Of a stretch of DNA of 64,000 nt, positions 12,723 to 24,584 are shown piece after piece (positions within the stretch are counted from its first letter, which is position 1; every line of letters begins with the position of its first letter). The translations under genes were made by a program, and so were the position numbers. The stretch spans positions 348,316,001 to 348,380,000 of the forward strand of contig NC_091470.1 in assembly GCF_036971445.1 (NCBI RefSeq), read 5' to 3'. The notes below the pieces were generated by a model, which searched no databases, was not told the origin of the DNA, and saw only the letters and a list, made by a program, of their open reading frames with translations. Origin of the DNA: Narcine bancroftii. Lineage: Eukaryota.

Positions 12723-13899
12723 TGAAGCTACCTTCATGGAATAGGTACAGAAGCATAAAAACTAGGACTGACAGACTGGGAAACAGCTTCTTCCCGTAGG
12801 CAGTCAGACAATTGAACAATGAATTATTTTTATGTATCTTTATTTTGAATGGCTATGTACATAGGTTGTATATGTGCAAGGTGTTCCATGTCAGTATGTG
12901 TATGTGTGGACTAAAGTCTGGAGATATTCTATTTCGTCCTTTTGTTTCTATGCAATCACACAAGGTCCTGTGAGGACCTTTATTTAATGAGCTATATCTT
13001 ATTAAATCCAGTAGCTTATAGTCTCTATCAATGATGCTCAATTTTTTTTCCAGATTCTATTCAGTTTGTTGAATTAAAACATTGGCGCGATGAATTTTGA
13101 ACTCCTGTTTCCTCTTACATCAGTCTAATTCTCCAGATTACTCACCCATCAAGCTAACACCACACTACTATACACAGTGCAATGGAAGTTGCTGCACTGC
13201 AAGACTTTCTTCCCATAGAATTGCAACTACTTATTGATAGTACTGCTTCCACTGCCTCTCAGATGTGTTTTTACATTAGTTCAGCTTCTTTCCCTCAAAA
13301 TATGAAAGTGAAACCCCTGAATTGTTAGGAACTGAAGGACATGCAGAAACTCTTCATTTCTAATTCCAAATCAATTTTCTCCCTTTCTTGTCTAATCCTG
13401 AATTCTCTTAATGTCAGCGCTATGTGACTGTCTGGATCAATGAATCTGTGTGAACAATAAAATCAATCCTAAATGGTCTTGGAGTCTCCAAACCCAACCT
13501 CACTGCTGGACCACCTGTGAAACATCCTGCACAGAGCATAACCACCTTTTTCTCACAGAGAGACCACTCTAAGTGTTTGACTTACTTACCACAGGCCACC
13601 TATGACAAACTGACCACTAGTCTGGGCGGGGGTAGGAACTTGCTGGAGTCCCTTGCCAAATGACCAATGGAATTTTTTTGTGTTTTGTTTTGGTGAGATC
13701 TTTTGGAGAATTTTTAACATTACCACATAACAACTCAGTCGAGGTCCTTTGGGCCACGATATTATACCACTTATATATACCATATTTGACAGCATACAAG
13801 ACCCATGGGCATATGAGAACCATCTCGCCCCCCCCAACTCCATTATCAGCAGGGATTATTAAGAATATTTTTAAAGTATTTACGGGTATTTACAGCACT

Positions 13900-15060
13900 G
13901 CTAACCTTCCCTCATAAAATACATTCCCTCATCTAAGCAACATCCTGGTAAATCTCCTCTGCACCCTCTCCACATCCTTCCTATAATGAGGTGACCAGAG
14001 CTGAACACAATATTCTAAGTGTGGTCTATAGAGCTGCAATATTACCTCAGGAACTCAATCCCCCACCAATGAAGCCCAAGCATATCATAGGCCTTCTTAA
14101 TTGTCCGATAAACCTTCATGGCAACCTTGAGTTAACTATGGATTTGGACCCCAATTACCCCTTTTCTTCCACACTGTGAAGTATCCTACTCTTCCTTCAG
14201 GTTTGACCCTCCAAAATGCATCTCCTTATACTTGTCCAGATTGAACCTAATCTGCCCAACACGGTGTCCTGTTGTAACCTACGCCAATGTTCAACACAAT
14301 CCACAACACCTCCAACCGTCATATCATCCACAAACTTAATGATCGATCACTGGCTTCTTCATCCAGGTGATTTTTTTTTTTAATCACAAAGAGCAGAGGT
14401 CTTAGAATCGATCCTTGCAGAACTCCACTAGTTACTGACCTCCAGGAAGAATGCTTTCTGTTCACTTCTACTCTCTGATTTCTATAGGCAAGCCAATTCT
14501 GAATCCACACAGCAAAGGTTCCATGAATCCCATTCCTCATGACTTTCTGAACGAGTCTCCAATGAGGAGTTTGTCAAATGTCTTACTAAAATCTATATCT
14601 TCCTTTTTTCTTTGGCTTGGCTTCGCGGACGAAGATTTATGGAGGGGGTAAATGTCCACGTCAGCTGGAGAATGTTTGTGGCTGACAAGTCCGATGCGGG
14701 ACAGGCAGACACGGTTGCAGCGGTTGCAGGGGAAAATTGGTTGGTTGGGGTTGGGTGTTGGGTTTTTCCTCCTTTGCCTTTTGTCAGTGAGGTGGGATCT
14801 GCGTTCTTCTTCAAAGGAGGTTGCTGCCCGCCAAACTGTGAGGCGCCAAGATGCATGGTTTGAGGCGATATAAGCCCACTGGCGGTGGTCAATGTGGCAG
14901 GCACCAAGAGATTTCTTTAGGCAGTCCTTGTACCTTTTCTTTGGTGCACCTCTGTCACGGTGGCCAGTGGAGAGCTCGCCATATAACACGATCTTGAATC
15001 CTTTCTCATAGTTTGCACACTACTGATAAAGACTCAGTGGTCTATAATTCCCTCGAATCT
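13900..15060 (-). mobile_element. Decayed CR1 interrupted by RTE
   Basis: WIQNWLA...WRSVTSGVLQGS and DFSKTFDK on the minus strand. Confidence 0.8.
14598..14995 (-). mobile_element. RTE-clade LINE 3' fragment
   Basis: ORF 14537..14989 LYGELSTGHRDRGAPKKRYKD...FPCNRCNRVC..IGL.SH (C-terminal zinc knuckle). Confidence 0.9.
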
Positions 15061-15109
15061 CCTCATTACTTTTTGTTTTACACAAAAAATTTAAATTTTC
15101 CAAATCCCT

Positions 15110-15550
15110 GACCCTAAACAAGGTTGAAAGTTAATATTAATGATACAAAGTAACTCGCTCTGAAGTGGGACAACACAGTGCCAAAATTCTGTATTAACAC
15201 TGAACTTAGAGAATATGATAATAGTCCATGAATAGGTCCCATAACATTTGAATTTAATGTGTGAATCATTAGTTCCATAACTAATTTTTTCCCCAAATTT
15301 AAACAGGACATTATGTCTCTTTGTGCATGAATAGGTGGGGTATTATCTTTCTTCTTAATCAAAATATCACATCTGGCCAGCAATGAAGTGAAAGATACAA
15401 TGTGACATTTAATTGGAGTTAGTAAAACACTGTCTTCTCCAAGAGTTCCAAACAAAGCAACTAAGGGATTTGGTTTTAATTTTAAAATGAGAATCACCGA
15501 TAACTATTCTTCAATATTTTTCCAAACTGGGCCATGTCCAGAACATATGG
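15110..15550 (-). mobile_element. L1/Tx1 3' fragment
   Basis: Minus-strand LKPNPLVALFG...LLARCDIL resembles the ORF2 C-terminus at 23900-24200. Confidence 0.65.
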
Positions 15551-15599
15551 ATTAAAGAAACATCACCTATCATAACGAGGATTTAAACCTTATTACCTT

Positions 15600-16260
15600 T
15601 TTTTTTAAACAAGGGGAACGCTTTTTCAATCCTCCAATCATCTGGCACCTCCCATGTCTAAGCAAGATGCAAAGATCATCCACCGTCCCCAAAAAATCTC
15701 TCCCTCCCTTCCCATAGCAACTTTGGATACATCACATTCGATCCCAGGGAGTTATCAATCTTAATATTTTTACAAGAATCCAGCACCTGTTCATTGTTAA
15801 TCTCAACATGGCCCAGCCCACAAACTTGTTTAATTCTAACCTCACCTTGACCATGTCCTTTTCTCTGGTGAATACTAAAACAATGAATACTTTTAGAACT
15901 TCACCAACCTCTTTCGCCTCCAGGCACATGTTGCCTCCTTTATCCTTAAGCGACCCTATCTTCACTCTCGTCATCCTTCTGGTTTTCACGCATCCATAGA
16001 ACGCCTTATGGTTTTCTTTAATCCTACTTACCAATGCCTTCTCATGCCCACTAAATCCTTTCTTGTTACTTCCTGGCTACCATACAATTCACATGAGCCC
16101 TTCCTTTTTATTGTTACTCAAATCTAATGCAAACCTTCCTCTTAACCAGCTACCTCACCTGTTTTGTCATCCACGGTTCCCTTTTCTGACCAACTTTTCT
16201 GTCTCAGTAGGACAAATCTATCCAAATCCTCACGCAAGTGATCCCTAATCCTCCAAGTTA
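15600..16260 (-). mobile_element. CR1 internal fragment
   Basis: IKENHKAFY...IGSLKDKGG in ORF 15732..16034. Confidence 0.8.
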
Positions 16261-16694
16261 CTTTTTTTGGGTTTTCAAAATTACAATCTTGTTTTACATT
16301 TTCCAACTTCATTATATCAGTAATATTTGTCTTTGTGGTCTCCCCATGGACCAGCAAGAACAAACCATTGGATTACCAGTGGTCCCCAAACCACAGGTTG
16401 AGAAACATTGATCTAAAGATGATCAATTGAAATGTGCAACTGCTGTGTGCCTGAAAAGTATCTGAAATGTGAATGACAACAATGTTTAGATTTGTGATAG
16501 AGTGGATGTTGTCCTGCCTGTTCATTTTCCCCCAGTGAAGTCTACTCCAGAGCATCATCTTCTTTCTTACCACTTATCCGGCTAGCTGCTTACATATCAA
16601 ATTAGTTGAATTAAAGTGACAGAGAAAAGCAATCTATATCCAAAACGCTGCCTAGAATCTCAAACCCACACAGCACGGAAACCAGAACATGAAC

Positions 16695-17320
16695 CAGTCA
16701 TCTCAGAGGGAGTGGAGAGGGTGGAGAACTTCAAATTCCTGGGTTTGAACATCTGAGGATCTGTCCCGGGCCTCCATGCCAATGCAATCACAAAGCAGCT
16801 GTAGTTAGTGAGAATTTTGAGGAGATTTGGTATGTCACAGAAGACGCTCGAAGATTTCTACAGGTGTACTGTGGAGAGCATTCTGTCTGGTTGCATCACT
16901 GTCTGGTGCAGAGGTGCCAATGTACAGGCCAGGAAAAGAAAACTCCAGAGTTGTTAACTCGGCCCTCAACATCACGCGCACCAGTCTTCACTCCACTGAG
17001 GACAATTACAAGAGGTAGTGTCTTAAGCATCTGTCCTCAAGGACCCTCAAGACCCAGGCCATGCCCTCTTCACTCTGGTACCATCAGGAAGGAGGTACAG
17101 GAACCTGAAGATGAAACATCCAGTGGCACAAGGTACAGCTTCTTTCCCTTGGCCATCAGATTCCTGAATGAAATATAAACCACAAACACCACCTCACCTT
17201 ATCTGATTCTCTTGCACTATTTCTTTCTTTCTGAAATGTAACATAAACCAATATTTGCACTGTATTGCTGTCACAAAACAATGAATATCATGACATGCTG
17301 ATAACAATAAATTTTGATTC
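16695..17320 (+). mobile_element. Rex1/Babar-like LINE 3' portion
   Basis: VERVENFKFLG, FYRCTVESIL, RYSFFPLAIRFLN motifs; aataaa(ttctga)-like tail. Confidence 0.8.
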
Positions 17321-17819
17321 TTCATGGGTCGGTGTAGCACAGGAATGTGCCCACAATGTCAGTGCTGTCGATAATGAAAAATCCTGCTCTGATTGTTTCC
17401 AGTGGAAATAGAAGCACTGGATGGAAGCATTAAATTACCTTCAAAATTTAAAAACTAGTTCAGATTCTGACTTGGAAGTTAGTAGATCAATGATGAGCAA
17501 TGATTTTATGATAAAAATTTTTTAAACATCAATTCAAAACTAGCATTGTTCAAGTTCCTTATGCAAATGACTATCTTGATGCAAGATCAAGATTTTGAAT
17601 TCCAAACTTCCCTTTCGCCCTTTTTCATGCATTGAAGTACCTCGTACTGTCCACTGCAGCATTACCCTCCTTGAGGACAATTCTTCCACCATAGGACTTC
17701 ATATGTTCTAAATTATCAGGCTTCTTCATTCTACCCTGGCTATTACTGGCCTTCTCCCTCCCATATCCATGCTGCCTCAAGGTAAATTGGACAAACTATT
17801 AAAGATAATGCCATTAGAA

Positions 17820-18701
17820 AATGGTGTACACACAAGTTAGCAGATTAAAGTGTGCAAAGTTAAACAAAGAAAGACTGCAGATCCTATGATTGGAGCATAA
17901 TACGCAAAAACGCTGGAGAAACTCAGCAGGTCATGCAGCGTTTGAGTAAAGAATGGTGCAACTGCTTAGAAATTGGTACCTGGGCAGCTGATGAGATTGT
18001 CGACACTCAAGTGTGAGGGGTTAATGATTGCGAGGCTGGAGGCAAGGCAGAGAAATGGGCAAGATAATGGAGGGATGAGACAATGAACTGCATATCTTTG
18101 GTGTAGGAGGGTTTGGTGGTCAGTCAGCAAAGAAATAATCAGACTATGAAAAGCCAATGTTTCTGGCCTGAGTAATTTGTCAAGGTTGGAGCAAAATGCA
18201 GGCAGGTGTCCGAATTAAAAAGGGGGGTGAGAACAGGAGGAAAGTCGTGGCAGGGAGAGGAGCACAGGCAAGAGGTCATAGCTGCGCAAAGCCCATTTGG
18301 CTGCAATGGGAAGAAGAGCGAGTCAAATTATATGGGAGTCTCTTCCAGCATAACCAGGAATGATCATAAACTGTCAATTAATGTTTTCTCTCACGTAACA
18401 CTCTAAAATGAGTATTGCACCTAAATATATATAATCCATGTATTCCAATCGGATGAAATATGACTCAAAGAATTCTGATGAATTTACAGCACAGTGCTAA
18501 ATCTAACAGAAAACATAATGGATCCCGATGCAATGATAAAGAGTTGCGGAATTCATTATCTGAATTACTTAACGCAAAGTTTACTTAGCATTATAATGGT
18601 GTATACATTGGTTAGCAGATTAATGTGCACAAAGTTAAACGAGGAAGTCTGCAGATGCTATGATTGGTGTATAATACACAAAAATGCTGGAGAAACTCAG
18701 C
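17820..18701 (+). repeat. Diverged ~108-bp direct repeat (17820-17927 / 18595-18701): flank plus Penelope-like terminus
   Basis: aatggtgta...gttagcagattaa...aaagttaaac...ctgcagat.ctatgattgg...gctggagaaactcagc in both. Confidence 0.85.
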
Positions 18702-19031
18702 CGTGACAGCATCTGCAGAAAGCAAAGGATTTCGGTGCTCTTTTTATGAATTGTATGAGGCAAATTCTAAAACTCTTTTTGCTGAGAACCTGTCCCAGAA
18801 ATCAACATTCCTTGCCCAGCTTTTCATAGTCTGATTATTTCTTTGCTGACTGACCACCAAACCCTCCTACACCAAAGATATGCAGTTCATTGTCTCATCC
18901 CTCCATTATCTTGCCCATTTCTCTGCCTTGCCTCCAGCCTCGCAATCATTAACCCCTCACTCTTGAGTGTCGACAATCTCGTCAGCTGCCCAGGTACCAA
19001 TTGCTAAGCAGTTGCACCATTCTTTACTCAA
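17942..19031. repeat. 213-bp near-perfect inverted repeat (17942-18154 / 18819-19031)
   Basis: Direct reverse-complement comparison; I count 3 mismatches. Confidence 0.95.
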
Positions 19032-19555
19032 GATCCACCTCTTGACCTAAAACCCTAAAAATATTCCAATTAATTTGCTGCAAAACTTTAGTTAATATCA
19101 AGGGCATTTTTTTTTTAAACTCCATCTCCTAGTTTGTCCACTGAATGAAAACTTAACATTGTACACTACAAGGATTTCATTTGCACACGTTATGGACCAT
19201 TTCCTGTTTTCTGACTGACTCAGTTAACCTGTTTTGTATCACTTATCCATCCTTTCACAACTCACTTTCCCAGCCGGTTGTGTTGCCAGAAAACCTGTCA
19301 TCTGGGACATTAACCTGTTAATAATACAGATTACAAACAGCTGAGCTTCAAACACAGATGTTCATGCCATACTACAGCTTGCCAACCTGAAAATTTAGTG
19401 TTTTTGCATCTATAAATGAATTACCTATTCATGTGTCTCTATTAACCAGTGGCCATGAATACTTGCCTTGTGTAAGGATGGTGGATAGTGAATAAAGGAA
19501 TACACAAAGTACTGGAGAGACTCAGCAAGCCATGCAGCATACACAGAAATTAAAA

Positions 19556-19596
19556 GACAGTCAACATTTCAGGCTTGAGCCCTTCTTCAGGAGTGC
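19556..19596 (-). ncRNA. Minimal type I hammerhead ribozyme-like motif in a Penelope-like terminus (~19500-19596)
   Basis: Minus strand reads CUGAAGA-A-GGGC-UCAA-GCCU-GAAAUGUU: both core boxes and a 4-bp stem II. Confidence 0.55.
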
Positions 19597-20807
19597 TTTT
19601 ACTGGGGATCGACTACATTTGGCTTCTCTAATGCAAAGTGTCTTTGAGACATGCCTGCTCTGAAGAAGTTCTCGTGCTCCCTTCAAAGGAAGATAAATAA
19701 GAACATCTGCACATACATTAGCATAAACAGATTTTCTAATTTACCTCCTGATAATAAAGGAATCCTGTAACTCAAGATAGAAAATAAAAAACGCTATTCT
19801 CTTGGCCCCTATGTTTAAGTGGACAGACAAACTATTCTCGGGGCTTTGTTACTTCACTGGGTAACATCCTTAGCTCACCATGTCTTCTTCTCAGCAGAAA
19901 TGGATAATATATACACATCTCCTGCTATTTTCCTTAAATTCTTAACTCTTTAATGCTTAATTTCTGTTCTAAAGAATTGATCTATTGAAAATGTTTTGGA
20001 AAATCATGCAAAATAATTGCAACATCATTTTAGTCATCTTGAAAATAAATTGCTTTGCCCAGAAATTCAATGGCATCAGTTTTGTTTAAATCTTAGACAT
20101 GTTTTGCAGTGGTACATGGCAATTATCCAAGTTGTTCTGCCATCACCCAAAGTTGGGCAATCCTGGTACAACTAGATTTTAATAATAATCCACTTGACTA
20201 AGGCCCACTAAATCTCCTCACACATCTTCATCCCATCAGAATGCTTGAGACACAATGAGAATAACCACTCCCAGTGCCATTGATGCAATGCACTACCACC
20301 GCCCCCCATCAGGTCCTTCCATGCAGATTGTTACCCCATATGCTCCAATTAGTCTCTGATCACTGATCCCTGAAGTCAGTCATGTCTTTTCTCACAGCAC
20401 ATAGAGGTCAAGTGCACGGTCAGCTTTGACATGCCCAGAGGCTTCAGTCTCAAGCCTGGGCCTCCACTTGCATGACCATTTAGCACACATTACTAACTCA
20501 CTACAACTTCCACGTTGTTATGTATGTTATCATCCAGCGCATAAAGCAGTAGCTGTATAACCACAACAAAGCAGGATGACTCTCATTGAACCCTGGGGTC
20601 ATTAACTTTATTTTCTAGCAGTCATTCTAAAAGTTACAACCGGCCAGGCAAAGCGTAAACATTGTGTTATCACTGATATACGTTAGAATACAAGAAAGTA
20701 TGTTTTAGCTCATTTGAAATAACTGAAATTCATAAAATATTACAACTAACATCATATTTTGTAAATTATCTTTTCCAGAACAATAAATAAAGATACAGAA
20801 ATCTAAT

Positions 20808-21033
20808 AGCCTGAATACGATGGAGATTGTCTGATCTCAGAAACTAAGCAGACTCAAGGCCAGGTCAGTACTTGGAGGGAATGCCTAGGAACACCAGATG
20901 CTGTAGATTTCAGTGAGGGGCGCTGGACAAAGTGGCGACTCTCTGTCGTCCTTACGGTAGACAAAAGTTAAAGAATTTCATGTTACTTTCTAAATGTAGT
21001 ATTATGTGACAATAATGGAACATTTACCCTTTA
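20808..21033 (+). mobile_element. 5S rRNA-derived SINE (SINE3-like)
   Basis: agcctgaa...gtctgatctcagaaactaagcag...ggtcagtacttgga...gcctaggaacaccagatgctgtag follows vertebrate 5S rRNA, then ~125 bp of non-5S tail. Absent from copy A. Confidence 0.85.
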
Positions 21034-21062
21034 TCAAAAACCAACAGCTTAAGATCTGAAAT

Positions 21063-21698
21063 GATAAGAACATAAGAACACAATGGGAGCAGGAGACGGC
21101 CTGTCGACCCTGCTCTGCCATTCAATAAGATCATGGCTGATCTGATCATTGACTCAACTCCACCAACCTGCCTTTTCCCCAAATTCCATTTTTTATGTAA
21201 AAATCTATCTAACTGAACCTTAAAAATGTTTAATGAAGTAGCCTCAACTGCTTCCCTGGGTAGAGAATTCCACAGATTCACTATTCTCTGGGAAAAACAT
21301 TTTTTCCTCATCTCCGTCTTAAATCTACTCCCCTGAATATTGAGGCTGTGTCCTCTAGTTCTGGTCTCACCTATCAGTGAAAACAATATTTCTGTCTCTA
21401 TGTTATCTATCCCTTTCATAATTTTATATGTTTTATATAATTCTTCTGAATTCGAGTGAATATAACTCCAGGCGATTTAGTTTCTCCTCGTAGGTCAATC
21501 CTCTCATCTCTGGGATAAACCTGGTGAACCTCCTCTGGGGTGCCTCCAAGGCCAGTATATCCTTCCTCAAGTATGGAGACCAGAACTGCACACAGTACTC
21601 CAGGTGCATTCTCTCCAGGACCTTGAACAGTTGCAGCATGACGTCCCTGCTCTTGATTTCAATTCCTCTAGCGATGAAGGCCAACATTCCATTTGCCA
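21063..21698 (-). mobile_element. CR1 3' portion
   Basis: ORFs 21024..21419 and 21433..21687; same subfamily as 790-2598; (ataagaac)2 tail on the left. Confidence 0.92.
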
Positions 21699-24584
21699 GA
21701 TGAGAGATGGAAAAATGACTACAAGATCATTTTAAAATAAATGAGACTTTAAGAGAATTTTACTCTAACCTTTATAGCTCTGAATTTAATAATAATTTCA
21801 CTTCATTATCAGATTTTTTAGGTCGACTTAACTTATCTACCCTTTCCCAGGATAAGCACACAAATCTGGAGGAACCCATTTCTCAGAATGCAATATCTTT
21901 AGCTAGTTCTTCATTACAATGTGTAAATCTCCAGGACCAGATAGATACCCTGTTGAATTTTATAAATCTTTCTCCGAATGGCTTGTACCTCAGTTAGGTT
22001 CTGGGTTTAGTGACTCATTTAAGGATGAGAAGCTTCCTTTATCATGCAATCTCTTATTTTGAAAAAAGGGAAGGACCCAACAGAATGTGCATCTTATAGA
22101 CCTATTTCATTATTTAATGGAGATATGAAGATTTTATCAAATGTTCTTACTCATAGACTGAAAATATTTTACCATAATTATTGATTTAGACCAAACTAGT
22201 TTTATTAAATATTATTATTATTATAATGTACATTGATTACTGAATATCTTATATTTACCCTCCATCCCAACAATGGAATGTGTTCTTTCATTAGATGCTG
22301 AGAAAGTGATTGATAGGATGGAAAGGGAATACTTGTTTGCTATCTTAGGAACATTTAATTTTGGCCCAGATTTTATTATATTCATATCCTATGGCTTCAA
22401 TTTGCTCCAATTTAAACAATCAAAATATTTAGGCTTTATTGGGAAATCGACAAGGTTGCCTTCTGAGTACTTTGCTTTTTGATTTGGTATTAGAACCTTT
22501 ATCACGAGAGCAGAAATTTTATAGGAATAACTAAAAATGGAGTTGAACATAAAGTATCCTTATATGCAAACAATCTTTTGCTCTTTATCTCAAATCATGA
22601 GGTTTCCTTACCAAATATATTAACCTTGTTAACTCAAGTTAGCCATTTTTTGGGTTATAAATTATGTTTGCATAAGAGTGAACTATTACCACTAAAGGGA
22701 TCTTTTTCAACATATTCTAATTTCCCATTTAAAATAGTTAAAGACCAATTCAGATATTTGGGAATTACAATTACAAGAAATTATAAAAATCTATTGAAAG
22801 AAAACTATTTGGTATTATTAAATCAGATTAAATTATTATCCAGATGGTCTCCTCCATCCATTATAATGATTGGAAATATTAATTCAATTAAATTGAACAT
22901 TTTACTTAAATTTTTATCTTTTTTAAGCTTCACCAATCTTCATTCCTGAATCTTTTTTTTGATTCAGTGGATTTGTTTATTTCTTTGCATATATGCAAGG
23001 AAAACAACCTCACATAAATAAAGCACATCTTCAAAAGACTAAATGGAATAGAGATTGTAACTTCAAAATCTTAGATTTTACTACTGGGCAGTTAATACAC
23101 AGAATCTACTTTTAAAGGTATATTTTTATAAACAAGTAAACCACCCTTCTTGGGTAAAACTGGGATTGAATTTCTCTAAAACTCATCTACGTTGGCAACT
23201 TTAGGTTCTTACCCCTTTCTTAATCTAAATTTACATATATTCCAATAATAGATTGAGAATATGGACACAATTTAGGATTTTTTTTTGCCTATAATAGTTT
23301 TTCTCTTGCCAATTCTATTATAGATAATCATCTTTTCCCACCTTTTTTGTTAGATTCAGTTTTTAAGGAATGGTATCGATTATGTATCAAAGGCTACAAA
23401 GATCTTTTGATTCAGAACTTTGCATCTTTTGAACAATTGAAAGCCAAATTTAAACTTCCAAAGAGTCATTTTTAAGATAAATACAAGTTAGGAATTTTGT
23501 TCAGTCTAAGCTTTCTGATTCTCCTCAAATTTCTGAAAAAAATATTCCTTATTTACTTTTTGCTTTGCAGTTCTCCCAGCATGGATTAATATCAATTATT
23601 TATAATAATAGATTTAAAAACTGCCTCAATGGCTGTAATTAATAATGATTGGGACATGATTTAAATATATTATTTTCAAACCAAGATTGGTTTTCCACTC
23701 TTAATTTGATTAATGACTCCTCATTTTGTGCTTGACATTATTTGCTACAATTTAAGGTAGTGCTTAGGATACACATGTCCAAAGTCAAATTATCTCATTT
23801 TTATGTGGATGTTGATCCATAATACAATAAATTTAAAATATTTGAAGCTACATTGATTCAACTGTTTTGGGAATGCCTCAATTTAGAAAAAAATTGGAAA
23901 GATATATTTCAACCATTATCAATAATTTTAAAGACAAAATTAGAACCATTCCTTCTAATTGCTTTGCTTGTTTTTTTTCCAAGGATACATTATCGACTTC
24001 AACCTAAGAGAGAATTTTAGCTTTTACCTCGTTGAAAACCAGACAAGCAATTTTAATGAAATGGAAATATGTCTCTTCACCTACTCATGCTCAGTGGTTA
24101 CAATCATGTTAAATCCTGTTTAAGCTTGGAGAAAATTAGATACAACATTAAAGATATTAAGTTTCAATTTGACAAGATGTGGGGTCCATTCATAGATTAC
24201 TATCATAATTGGAGACACAAGGTGTCTGGATGCTCCGGAGACTCTGTCTGGTGTCTGAAGGTTGCTGTTTGATCCATATCTTCACATCTCTACAAACTAA
24301 CCTTGTTTAGAGGGAGAGGTTAGATGAGTATTGTTAATTTTGTCTTATCTATTTTCTATCCAAATTGTTACTGGGATATATTACGAGAAAGGAATAAGCT
24401 GTTGAATATTATATTCATAGAATTTTATATCTTAAAGAAACAAGTAACAATTATGGATATGCTTTTGATTTATATTACGTTTAATATGTGATATGTATAT
24501 GATTTGACTTATTGCTTGTTACTATTTAGCTGACTTTGTATGTTGGAAAAATATATTAAACTCAATAAAAATAATTTAAAAAGA
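21699..24584 (+). mobile_element. L1/Tx1-clade LINE, 5'-truncated, decayed
   Basis: SYRPISL, SLDAEK, SLYA, FRYLGI motifs; aataaa plus A-rich tail. Confidence 0.9.

Larger units (their letters stand above)
10750..12820 (+). mobile_element. Rex1/Babar-like LINE 3' fragment (pieces ~10750-10843, 11228-11320, 12723-12820) interrupted by nested insertions
   Basis: HFLRKLRRARLPVTILTTFYRSI in ORF 10730..10924; 3' motif aggtacagaagcat...aacagcttcttccc. Confidence 0.6.

Noticed and set aside
13578-13843. Strong minus-strand donor (gtaagtaag) near ORF 13586..13843
   Set aside because: No convincing acceptor or homology; the flanking ADGRB1 exons already join in frame.
20808-20910. Functional 5S rRNA gene
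   Set aside because: 5'-truncated, mutated, not in an array, and fused to a tail.
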